This document shows positions 15,249-22,436 of a DNA stretch of 32,000 nt, in pieces. Below the pieces are notes generated by a model. That model made no database searches, was not told where the DNA came from, and saw only the letters and a list, made by a program, of their open reading frames with translations. The number at the start of each line of letters is the position of its first letter. Position 1 is the stretch's first letter. The translations under genes and the position numbers were made by a program. This stretch comes from Gemmata obscuriglobus (GTDB taxonomy: Bacteria > Planctomycetota > Planctomycetia > Gemmatales > Gemmataceae), in the NCBI RefSeq assembly GCF_008065095.1, contig NZ_CP042911.1, positions 5,190,001 through 5,222,000 of the forward strand, written 5' to 3'.

Positions 15249-15339
15249 GCCGAACAAACAGCTCACCTGCACCGCCACCATCGGATGAGCGATGCGTCCC
15301 AGATCAGATGGCGGTGTCAGGTGCAGCGCCGGGTTCGGC
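15249..15339 (-). other. attC: attC recombination site (type A)
   Basis: 91 bp; canonical type A boxes. Confidence 0.85.
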
Positions 15340-15672
15340 TTCTGCGCCCCGCGCCGCGCATCCGCGGAGCCCGCCCACCGACGCGGCCGAGCGGAGCCAC
15401 CACCGACCCGCACCACCGTGCCGCGGCACACCGGTGGCCGCCCACCACCGACACCCGCGGCGATGAGCCGCGCCCGGCACCCACGGGCACCACGCGGAGC
15501 ACCACCGCCACGAACCGCCGTGTCCCCCCCCGCCACCGGCCACGCCCACCGCAAGCTCGCGGCGACGAGCCGCGCCGGTCGCACTCGGGCACCACGCGGA
15601 GCCCGATACTCGCCGTTTACCACCGCGGACCACACGCACACCACCGCACGCGCCATCGAGCGGCCTCGGGGT
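15340..15672 (-). repeat. ORF-less repetitive cassette, R family, 2 units
   Basis: 333 bp; TTCTGCGC-type head; two units; R tail. Confidence 0.75.
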
Positions 15673-15763
15673 GCCGAACATAAAGCTCACCTGCACCGCC
15701 ATCATACCGTCAGCAACGCGTCACAAATCAGCGGGCGGTGTCAGGTGCAGCGCCGGGTTCGGC
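15673..15763 (-). other. attC: attC recombination site (type A)
   Basis: 91 bp; loop ATCATACCGTCAGCAACGCG. Confidence 0.85.
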
Positions 15764-15780
15764 ATCTGCGCAGCCCCCAG

Positions 15781-16212
15781 CTACCCGCCGTTGACCTCGG
15801 CCGCCACGACCCGACCATCCGGGCCGAAGTGAACGTACAGGAAGGCGTCGTCGAAGCCGTATGGGCCGAGGCCGCTCCAGCATCCCAGCCAGTACACCCA
15901 CGTCTCCGGGTGGTCCAGTCGAACGCCGTACCCGTCCACCGGCCCCCGCGGGTCACGCGACGGTGGCTCGCCCTCGCCCAGCAGTTCCCGCACACGCTCT
16001 TTGGGCGTCCCAGCGGGCAGGTGGCGGATGGCGTCACGGGCCATCGGCCCCCGCCCCCGCTCGTCGGCGGCCGCCCACGCCGCCGGGCTGAATGGGCGGT
16101 CGTCGAACGGGTCGAGATACCGGTCGAGCGCGACGAACCCGGCCACGCACCCGCGGGCCAACAGCAACGCGGCCAGGGCGAGCAAGCCGACGACACACTT
16201 CCACCGCCGCAT
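15781..16212 (-). CDS. small exported or membrane-anchored protein (hypothetical)
   Basis: Track ORF 15781..16419 trimmed to ATG 16212 (AGAGG 9 nt upstream). N-terminal MRRWKCVVGLLALAALLLARGCVAG looks like a signal peptide or anchor. Confidence 0.55.
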   Translation of the reverse strand: MRRWKCVVGLLALAALLLARGCVAGFVALDRYLDPFDDRPFSPAAWAAADERGRGPMARDAIRHLPAGTPKERVRELLGEGEPPSRDPRGPVDGYGVRLDHPETWVYWLGCWSGLGPYGFDDAFLYVHFGPDGRVVAAEVNGG

Positions 16213-16229
16213 CTCGCACTGCCTCTGTT

Positions 16230-16320
16230 GCCGAACATAAAGCTCACCTGCACCGCCATCACCCGATGAGCGATGCGTCACAACTCCGCGGGCGGTGTCA
16301 GGTGCAGCGCCGGGTTCGGC
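16230..16320 (-). other. attC: attC recombination site (type A)
   Basis: 91 bp. Differs from attC 3758..3848 only by 2 nt in the left 8-nt spacer (loop identical). Confidence 0.85.
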
Positions 16321-16366
16321 TTCTGCGACCCCCGCGCCGTGCATTTGCGGGGCGGGGCCAGCCGGC

Positions 16367-16621
16367 CTACAAGGATGGACGCGGCGGGTCGGGCCAGTTG
16401 GCCTCAGACTCGCACTCACGCTGGTACTCCCGCCACGACCGCAACCCTTGGGCCCGCCGCTTGGCGTTGCCCTTGCGCCGCCGCCGCTCCTCGCACCGCT
16501 TGGTGAACTCGTCGTGCCAGCGGTACTCGTACATCACGTTCGCCGACCGGACGTACTTGCGGAACCTCCGCAGGGCCGACGTGAGCGACTCGCCCTCGCA
16601 GACCTCCACTCGGACACCCAT
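16367..16621 (-). CDS. ribosomal protein bS21-like protein (copy 2)
   Basis: 84-aa track ORF identical to 3895..4149. Confidence 0.65.
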   Translation of the reverse strand: MGVRVEVCEGESLTSALRRFRKYVRSANVMYEYRWHDEFTKRCEERRRRKGNAKRRAQGLRSWREYQRECESEANWPDPPRPSL

Positions 16622-16673
16622 CGCTATGCGGCTTGTACGGCTGCCGCGACGCCGGTTGAAAGAGCTTTCTGGG

Positions 16674-16763
16674 GCCGAATGTGGAGCTCACCTGCTCGCG
16701 CGCCCTGGAGGGGGCGATCCCCGAGTTCTGCATGCGCGAGTCTGGTGCAGCGGAGGGTTCGGC
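16674..16763 (-). other. attC: attC recombination site, divergent type B (copy 2)
   Basis: 90 bp. GCCGAAT-N8-CACCTGCTCGCGC...GCGCGAGTCTGGTG-N9-GTTCGGC. Confidence 0.6.
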
Positions 16764-16820
16764 CCCGCGCCCCACCACGCCGAACATGGGCTGCCCGTGA
16801 AGGTGAGCTCCACATTCGGC
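16674..16820. repeat. 147-bp nested palindrome: type B attC plus a second, inverted copy of its left arm
   Basis: GCCGAATGTGGAGCTCACC (16674..16692) pairs perfectly with GGTGAGCTCCACATTCGGC (16802..16820). An inner GTTCGGC(16757..16763)/GCCGAAC(16779..16785) pair is also present. Confidence 0.7.
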
Positions 16821-16959
16821 CCCGCTCATGCAGCCCGGCAGATGAGCTACACCGATCCGCTCGCGCCTCGGGGGTGGGCGCGGGTCGGGCCAGCCACTTG
16901 GGATGGGGGGCTGGCTACCCTATCGACATCGCGCCCACCCCCGTGGGTCTCGGCGCGGG
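16764..16959 (-). other. short ORF-less cassette, type B content (copy 2), dominated by a long hairpin
   Basis: Duplicate of 353..548. The 13-bp perfect-arm hairpin is at 16870..16942. Confidence 0.6.
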
Positions 16960-17050
16960 GCCGAACATAAAGCTCACCTGCACCGCCCCCTCCCAGGGAG
17001 CGATGCGTCACAAACTCGCGGGCGGTGTCAGGTGCAGCGCCGGGTTCGGC
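16960..17050 (-). other. attC: attC recombination site (type A)
   Basis: 91 bp; loop CCCTCCCAGGGAGCGATGCG. Confidence 0.85.
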
Positions 17051-17403
17051 TCGCTCCGCACCGCGGTTCCTGGCCACGGGCCGAGCGTCGCGCATCCGCG
17101 GAGCCCGTGCCACCGGTGCGGGCGTGCGGAGCACCACCGACTCGACGCACCGTGTCGCGGCCCACCGGAGGCCACCCACCACCGCACCTCGCGGCGATGA
17201 GCCGCGCCAGGCACCCACGGGCACCACGCGGAGCACCACCGACTCGAACCGCCGTGTCCCCACGCGCCCCCGGCCACGCCCACCCGCACTTCGCGGCGAC
17301 GAGCCGCGCCAACCACCGACCGGCACCACGCGGAGCCACCACCGTCTGATGCCCCGCGGACCACACGCCCACCGCCGCCCGCGCGCTCCAGAACGCCCGG
17401 GTG
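17051..17403 (-). repeat. ORF-less repetitive cassette, R family, 2 units
   Basis: 353 bp; R head, two units, R tail. Confidence 0.75.
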
Positions 17404-17493
17404 GCCGAACATAAAGCTCACCTGCACCGCCCGTCCCGAGGAGCGATGCGTCACAAGTCAGCCGGCGGTGTCAGGTGCAGCGCCGGGTTCGGC
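17404..17493 (-). other. attC: attC recombination site (type A)
   Basis: 90 bp; canonical boxes. Confidence 0.85.
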
Positions 17494-17954
17494 TCGCTCA
17501 CATCCGCGGTTCGGGGGCACACGCCGAGCACCGCGGCTCCGTGGATGCCCGCGGCACCGGTGCGGCCCTGCGGAGCATCACCGACTCCGCGCCCCGTGTC
17601 CCGGCCCACCGAGGGCCACCCACCACCGACACCTCGCGGCGGTGAGCCGCGCCCGCCACCAACGGCGCCACGCGGAGCACCACCGACACGACCCGCCGTG
17701 TCCCGGCACACCGGAGGCCACGCCCACCACCGCACCTCGCGGCGATGAGCCGCGCCGACCACCCACGGGCCACACGCGGAGCACCACCGACCCGCACCGC
17801 CGTGTCCCGACACATCGGAGGCCACGCCCAACCGCAAGCTCGCGGCGATGAGTCGCGCCAGACCCGACCGGCACCACGCGAAGCCCGACGCGCGCGGTTC
17901 ACCACCGCGGACCACACGCACACCGCCGCACGCGCGCTCCTGCACGCGATGGTT
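17494..17954 (-). repeat. ORF-less repetitive cassette, R family, 3 units
   Basis: 461 bp. Three tandem ~102-105-nt units start near 17570, 17672 and 17776. Confidence 0.75.
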
Positions 17955-18044
17955 GCCGAACGAACAGCTCACCTGCACCGCCAGGATGGAGTGAGCGACA
18001 CAACGGCGGCTGATGGCGGTGTCAGGTGCAGCGCCGGGTTCGGC
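17955..18044 (-). other. attC: attC recombination site (type A, loop subtype 2)
   Basis: 90 bp; loop AGGATGGAGTGAGCGACACAACGGCGG. Confidence 0.85.
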
Positions 18045-18404
18045 TCGCTCGCCTCCGCGGTTCCGGGCGACACGCCGAGCTTGGCGCATCCGCGGAACCC
18101 GCGGCACCGGTGCGGCCGAGCGGAGCCCCACCGACTCGAATCGCCGTGTCGCGGCCCACCGGTGGCCACCCATCACCGCACCTCGCGGCGACGAGCCGCG
18201 CCCGCCCTGACGCGCGCCACGCGGAGCACCACCGACCCGAACCGCCGTGTCCCCACCCGCACCCCGGCCACGCCCAACCACACCTCGCGGCGACGAGCCG
18301 CGCCCGCCCCGACCGGCACCACGCGGAGCCACCACCGACGCGTGGGCGTCACCTTCGCGGACCACACGCCCACCACCGCACGCGCGATCCAGAACGCGAA
18401 GGTG
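18045..18404 (-). repeat. ORF-less repetitive cassette, R family, 2 units
   Basis: 360 bp; R head, two units, R tail. Confidence 0.75.
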
Positions 18405-18495
18405 GCCGAACATAAAGCTCACCTGCACCGCCATCACCCGATGAGCGGTGCGTCCCAACTCAGCCGGCGGTGTCAGGTGCAGCGCCGGGTTCGGC
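18405..18495 (-). other. attC: attC recombination site (type A)
   Basis: 91 bp; canonical type A boxes. Confidence 0.85.
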
Positions 18496-18498
18496 GCC

Positions 18499-18978
18499 TC
18501 AGCGCCAACGCCCGCGAGGCCACACGCCCCAGACGGTGGCCGGCCCGGAACGCGGCGGCCGTGCCTCCGCCCATGTGGACAGGCGGAGCGGCAGATACGC
18601 CCCGCCCGCCTCGAAGCTGGTCCCGGACGCGAACTCGACCCGGTACCGCGCCCCGTCCCGCGCGGCGAACCGCAACTCCGGGTGCCACGTCTCGTGCTCC
18701 CCGCCGACCCACAGCCCGAACCACGACTGGCCGGAGTCGGGGTAGCGCGCCTCGGGCATGACCAGCCGGACCCCGGTGTAGTCGACAGCCAGGACCTGTG
18801 GGACTGGGGCACCCTCCGCGACCAAGGCCACCCCGTACGGGAAGACTGCCGCGTCGGCTTCGTTGGTGCAATGGGCGTAGAAGTGGAAGTCCCACCCACC
18901 GCCCGCCACCGGCGCGAACCACGCGATGAGGACGCGGAAGTCGGTCGGGCCAAGCTGCAACTCGCCGCATACCTCCAC
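18499..18978 (-). CDS. hypothetical cassette protein
   Basis: 159-aa track ORF with a GTG start 19 nt after the attC. Aromatic-rich, non-repetitive composition. It stops 3 nt before the attC. Confidence 0.55.
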   Translation of the reverse strand: MEVCGELQLGPTDFRVLIAWFAPVAGGGWDFHFYAHCTNEADAAVFPYGVALVAEGAPVPQVLAVDYTGVRLVMPEARYPDSGQSWFGLWVGGEHETWHPELRFAARDGARYRVEFASGTSFEAGGAYLPLRLSTWAEARPPRSGPATVWGVWPRGRWR

Positions 18979-18997
18979 GCCGCGCGGCCCCCTGGTT

Positions 18998-19088
18998 GCC
19001 GAACTAAAAGCTCACCTGCACCGCCATCATCGGATGAGCAGTGCGTTCCAGATCAGCCGGCGGTGTCAGGTGCAGCGCCGGGTTCGGC
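18998..19088 (-). other. attC: attC recombination site (type A)
   Basis: 91 bp; canonical type A boxes. Confidence 0.85.
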
Positions 19089-19425
19089 TTCTGCGCCCAC
19101 CGTCGCGGTTCCGCGGAGCCCGCGCCCGCGCCGCGCATCCGCGGAGCCACCACCGACCCGCACCACCGTGCCGCGGCACACCGGTGGCCGCCCACCACCG
19201 ACACCCGCGGCGGTGAGCCGCGCCCGCCAACCACGGGCACCACGCGGAGCACCACCGACCCGCACCACCGTGTCCCCACCCACACCGGGCCACGACCACC
19301 CGCACCTCGCGGCGGCGAGCCGCGCCAACCACCAGCAGGCCACACGCGGAGCCCGACACCCGGGGTTCACCCACGCGGACCACACGCCCACTACCGCCGC
19401 ACGCGCGCTCCTGCACGCGATGGTT
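19089..19425 (-). repeat. ORF-less repetitive cassette, R family, 2 units
   Basis: 337 bp; TTCTGCGC-type head; two units; R tail. Confidence 0.75.
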
Positions 19426-19516
19426 GCCGAACGAACAGCTCACCTGCACCGCCACCATCGGATGAGCGGCGCGTCCCGAATCAGCCGGCGGTGTCAGGTG
19501 CAGCGCCGGGTTCGGC
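19426..19516 (-). other. attC: attC recombination site (type A)
   Basis: 91 bp; canonical type A boxes. Confidence 0.85.
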
Positions 19517-19939
19517 CTCTGGCGGCTTGAAAGCAGCCAAACACCGCTCGTATTCGGCGCGGCTGAAGCGGTACGGTCCCCACCCCGGATTCCACCGAAT
19601 GATCGCGCTCAAGCCACCGTTCGGGGACACGTCAAAACCAAGCTTCTCCCAGCGAACGACGTCCGGCTCTGACACGACTTCGGCCATCACCACGCTACAG
19701 CTCAGATCCAGGTCGTCCGGGCAGATGAGTACTGGTGCGTACCCAGTGCAGCCGACCGCCGGCAAGATGCGTTCCCACGGTATGGCCGCGTCTGGTTCGT
19801 GGTGGAACCACCCGAGCAGCGACGACACCTGTCCTTCGACGCCCAGCGCCACGTCGAGGGGAACACCGTCCACCGCAATCACCAAATGCGGTTCCGGGAC
19901 GAACTTGCTCGGCGCGCGGATCGCCTCGATGCGGTTCAC
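19481..19939 (-). CDS. hypothetical cassette protein
   Basis: 152-aa track ORF with a GTG start 10 nt after GAGG. The stop is in the attC loop. Confidence 0.6.
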   Translation of the reverse strand: MNRIEAIRAPSKFVPEPHLVIAVDGVPLDVALGVEGQVSSLLGWFHHEPDAAIPWERILPAVGCTGYAPVLICPDDLDLSCSVVMAEVVSEPDVVRWEKLGFDVSPNGGLSAIIRWNPGWGPYRFSRAEYERCLAAFKPPEAEPGAAPDTAG

Positions 19940-19958
19940 AGACTCGAGACCTCGGGTT

Positions 19959-20049
19959 GCCGAACGAACAGCTCACCTGCACCGCCATCACCGGACGAGC
20001 GGTGCGTCCCGAATCAGATGGCGGTGTCAGGTGCAGCGCCGGGTTCGGC
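19959..20049 (-). other. attC: attC recombination site (type A)
   Basis: 91 bp; canonical type A boxes. Confidence 0.85.
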
Positions 20050-20559
20050 ATCGTTGAGCATCAGGGCTTCCGCCTCTTCGTCGGTCAGCGGTCGCACCTC
20101 GGCCACCCGCAGGAACGCGCTCAGCGAGGGGGCGACTGGGGTGATGTCATCCGGTTGCAACTGCTCGCCGTCGTGGTACAGCCGGACTAACGGCGGGTCG
20201 TCGCCGCCGGCCTGAATGTAGTACGGATCAGCCCCGGAACTGCCGTCGAGGGCCACCAGCAGGTAGCCGGCGGCCAGCGCGTTCTCGGTGAGTAGGAACT
20301 TGAGCCGTCCCACCGCCTCAGCTGGCGTCGGCCAGACAAGCCACCACGGCCCCTCCCACGGCTTGAACGCATCCGACCGCCAGCCCAACCGGAGCCCGCA
20401 AAGCGGGAGGGACTGCCACAGCTCGGTCAGCCAAGCCGGGTATCGGTCGCCGAACGCCACCTGGAGGGCGGCGATCTCCTCTGCCGTCGCCGGACGCCCA
20501 ACCTGACCGGCCGCCGTAGCTCGTGCGACGAAGTCCTCGGCCGCTTGCCGTACAGCCAT
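20014..20559 (-). CDS. SMI1/KNR4 (SUKH)-like protein
   Basis: Track ORF 20014..20712 trimmed to ATG 20559. EEIAALQVAFGDRYPAWLTELWQS and YLLVALDGSSGADPYYIQ fit the SUKH pattern. The stop is in the attC loop. Confidence 0.6.
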   Translation of the reverse strand: MAVRQAAEDFVARATAAGQVGRPATAEEIAALQVAFGDRYPAWLTELWQSLPLCGLRLGWRSDAFKPWEGPWWLVWPTPAEAVGRLKFLLTENALAAGYLLVALDGSSGADPYYIQAGGDDPPLVRLYHDGEQLQPDDITPVAPSLSAFLRVAEVRPLTDEEAEALMLNDAEPGAAPDTAI

Positions 20560-20577
20560 CTGTCGGGTCCTTCCGCC

Positions 20578-20668
20578 GCCGAACGAACAGCTCACCTGCA
20601 CCGCGAGGTCCCGGGCCGCGATGCGTTCCGAATCAGCGGGCGGTGTCAGGTGCAGCGCCGGGTTCGGC
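20578..20668 (-). other. attC: attC recombination site (type A)
   Basis: 91 bp; arm variant CACCTGCACCGCG. Confidence 0.8.
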
Positions 20669-20674
20669 CCTGAG

Positions 20675-20989
20675 CTACAGCGGGACGTACACCACCTCGA
20701 ACTCTGGGCCAAGTTCTGAGCGAACGACCGCGAGCACCTCGGCCGCCGCTCTCTCGAACCGCTCCCGCTCCTCGGCTGACCACGGCGACGAGCCCGGCGG
20801 ATACTCCCAATCGAGCGCCCCGTCGTGCCACGCGGTCAACTCCACGAGCCGCTGGCGGATGCCTGGGGACAACGGAAGCTGCTCCTCGATCGGGCCGACA
20901 TCGAACACTGCGCGGGTCACATCGTTGACGCACCACAAGCACCCGCCGCCCCACTCGAACATCAGCCGCACGACGAACCGTGTGGTCAC
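20675..20989 (-). CDS. small hypothetical cassette protein
   Basis: 104-aa track ORF with a GTG start 6 nt after GGAGGG. Confidence 0.55.
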   Translation of the reverse strand: MTTRFVVRLMFEWGGGCLWCVNDVTRAVFDVGPIEEQLPLSPGIRQRLVELTAWHDGALDWEYPPGSSPWSAEERERFERAAAEVLAVVRSELGPEFEVVYVPL

Positions 20990-21014
20990 TAACGGCCCTC
21001 CGCGCCCTTCTGGT

Positions 21015-21106
21015 GCCGAACAAATAGCTCACCTGCACCGCCATCACACGATGGGCGGTGCGTCCCCGAATCAGCCGGCGGTGTCAGGTGCAGCACCGGG
21101 TTCGGC
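21015..21106 (-). other. attC: attC recombination site (type A)
   Basis: 92 bp; spacer variant CAGCACCGG. Confidence 0.85.
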
Positions 21107-21115
21107 GTGCCTTTG

Positions 21116-21529
21116 CTACTCCGCCCGGAAGCGGCCGACGACTTCCTCGACACGACTCTCCCAGGAAGCCGGCACCTCAAGCCGGACACACACGCCGCTG
21201 TACCCGTCGTCGCGCTGGACTTCGCATCGTGCCTTGCACCGGCCGTGCCAGGAGAAGCCGGCCCACGTGTCCGAGTTGATCCGTTCGGTGAGCGCGAGGA
21301 TCATGCTCAGCCTCTGCCAGTAGAACTCGTCGAGCCGACCGCCCGCGTCCACACGGACTGTGCCCGCGGCTTGGTGCCCGCTCGGATTCGAACGGTGGCT
21401 ACCGATCAGCGAAACAACAGCCTCCAGGAACTCCCGGAACCGCCATTCGGGAATCCAACACTCGATGACTATCGCAACTCCCTTCCGCTCTCCGCCGCCG
21501 AACGAACAGCTCACCTGCACCGCCATCAC
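21116..21529 (-). CDS. hypothetical cassette protein; only in-frame start codons lie inside the upstream attC
   Basis: Track ORF as given. Within the cassette proper (from 21496 down) the protein-like frame GGGERKGVAIVIECWIPEWRFREF... has no ATG/GTG/TTG for more than 45 codons. The in-frame ATG GCG GTG CAG GTG lies in attC 21497..21587. Confidence 0.45.
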   Translation of the reverse strand: MMAVQVSCSFGGGERKGVAIVIECWIPEWRFREFLEAVVSLIGSHRSNPSGHQAAGTVRVDAGGRLDEFYWQRLSMILALTERINSDTWAGFSWHGRCKARCEVQRDDGYSGVCVRLEVPASWESRVEEVVGRFRAE

Positions 21530-21587
21530 ACGATGAGCGATGCGTCCCAGTCTAGCGGGCGGTGTCAGGTGCAGCGCCGGGTTCGGC
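21497..21587 (-). other. attC: attC recombination site (type A)
   Basis: 91 bp; canonical type A boxes. Confidence 0.85.
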
Positions 21588-21595
21588 GTCTGCGG

Positions 21596-21985
21596 CTACC
21601 CCAGCGGCCAACGATACTCGGGGCTGACGCGGATGCACAGCCCCAGCCCGCGGAACATCTCGGACAGCCGCCGCACCTCTAGCGCCTGCACCCCGCGGGC
21701 GACCGGCGACCCGGCGTCCAGCAGTTCGCGGGCGGCCTTGACCCCGATGCACAGGGCGTTGCCGACCGCCGCGATGATCCGCCCCCGGTCGTGCCCGGCC
21801 CACTCCACCCACACGTCGTAGGGCGTGTGATCGAACGTCGGCCGGTTGTGGTTGGTCGTAACCGCCCCGACCCAATCGCAGACTGTGCAGCGGATGCCGG
21901 TGACGGTGTCGTCGGGGGCGAACCCGCCGAGCCGCCCGCCGCACGCAGGGCACCGCGGCTCCGTGTTGTCGGGGGCTTCCGCCAT
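21596..21985 (-). CDS. zinc-ribbon protein with ribosomal L7/L12 C-terminal-like domain
   Basis: Track ORF 21596..22054 trimmed to ATG 21985 (AGAGG 7 nt upstream). Has a CPACGG...CTVC pair. YDVWVEWAGHDRGRIIAAVGNALCIGVKAARELLDAG aligns by eye with the L7/L12 CTD [37 protein letters not shown]. Confidence 0.5.
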   Translation of the reverse strand: MAEAPDNTEPRCPACGGRLGGFAPDDTVTGIRCTVCDWVGAVTTNHNRPTFDHTPYDVWVEWAGHDRGRIIAAVGNALCIGVKAARELLDAGSPVARGVQALEVRRLSEMFRGLGLCIRVSPEYRWPLG

Positions 21986-22002
21986 CGGTGCGCCTCTTGC
22001 CT

Positions 22003-22093
22003 GCCGAACAAATAGCTCACCTGCACCGCCATCACCGGATGAGCGGTGCGTCACAGATCAGCCGGCGGTGTCAGGTGCAGCGCCGGGTTCGGC
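22003..22093 (-). other. attC: attC recombination site (type A)
   Basis: 91 bp; canonical type A boxes. Confidence 0.85.
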
Positions 22094-22345
22094 TCGCGGA
22101 CCACCGCGGTTCCGGGCACACGCTCCGCACCGCAGCTCCGCGGAGCCCGCGCCCCGGTGCGGCCCTGCGGAGCACCACCGACCCGCATCACCGTGCCGCC
22201 GCACACCGGAGGCCACGCCCAACCGCACCTCGCGGCGATGAGCCGCGCCACACACCGGCGGGCACCACGCGGAGCCCGACACCGGAGTTCACCCACGCGG
22301 ACCACACACGCGCGCGCCGCACGCGCACTCATGCACGCTTGGGTG
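22094..22345 (-). repeat. ORF-less repetitive cassette, R family, 1 unit
   Basis: 252 bp; head, a single unit, tail. Confidence 0.75.
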
Positions 22346-22436
22346 GCCGAACATAAAGCTCACCTGCACCGCCATCACCGGATGAGCGATGCGTCACAAG
22401 GCCGATGGCGGTGTCAGGTGCAGCGCCGGGTTCGGC
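22346..22436 (-). other. attC: attC recombination site (type A)
   Basis: 91 bp; canonical type A boxes. Confidence 0.85.

Noticed and set aside
15781-16212. Lipoprotein call for 15781..16212, based on ..LLLARGC.., and a BamE/SmpA-like assignment, based on LPAGTPKERVRELLG.
   Set aside because: A-R-G-C is a poor lipobox, and the BamE-like similarity is a short, generic motif. It is reported only as a small exported or anchored hypothetical protein.
16416-16829. Track ORF 16416..16829 (137 aa), and 16847..17329, as possible products of the type B hairpin cassette.
   Set aside because: Both cross attC sites. The first overlaps the well-supported S21-like gene in another frame. Composition is low complexity, and the cassette is better explained by its extensive palindromic structure.
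17570-17878. Tandem ~100-nt units inside R cassettes as a miniature CRISPR-like repeat-spacer array.
   Set aside because: Most of each unit is conserved. The variable patches are only about 6-16 nt and there are at most three units. There is no leader or cas context.
17451-18953. Very long - strand track ORFs, for example 17451..18953 (500 aa), 5755..6885 (376 aa), 7579..8697 (372 aa), 11500..12525 (341 aa) and 23843..24826 (327 aa).
   Set aside because: Each runs across one or more attC sites and R cassettes. One reading frame through type A attC (..PNPALHLTPP....MAVQVS..FG..) has no stop, and stops are rare at this GC content, so neighbouring units are fused artificially. Only the segment between the last attC and the stop has protein-like composition plus an SD and start.
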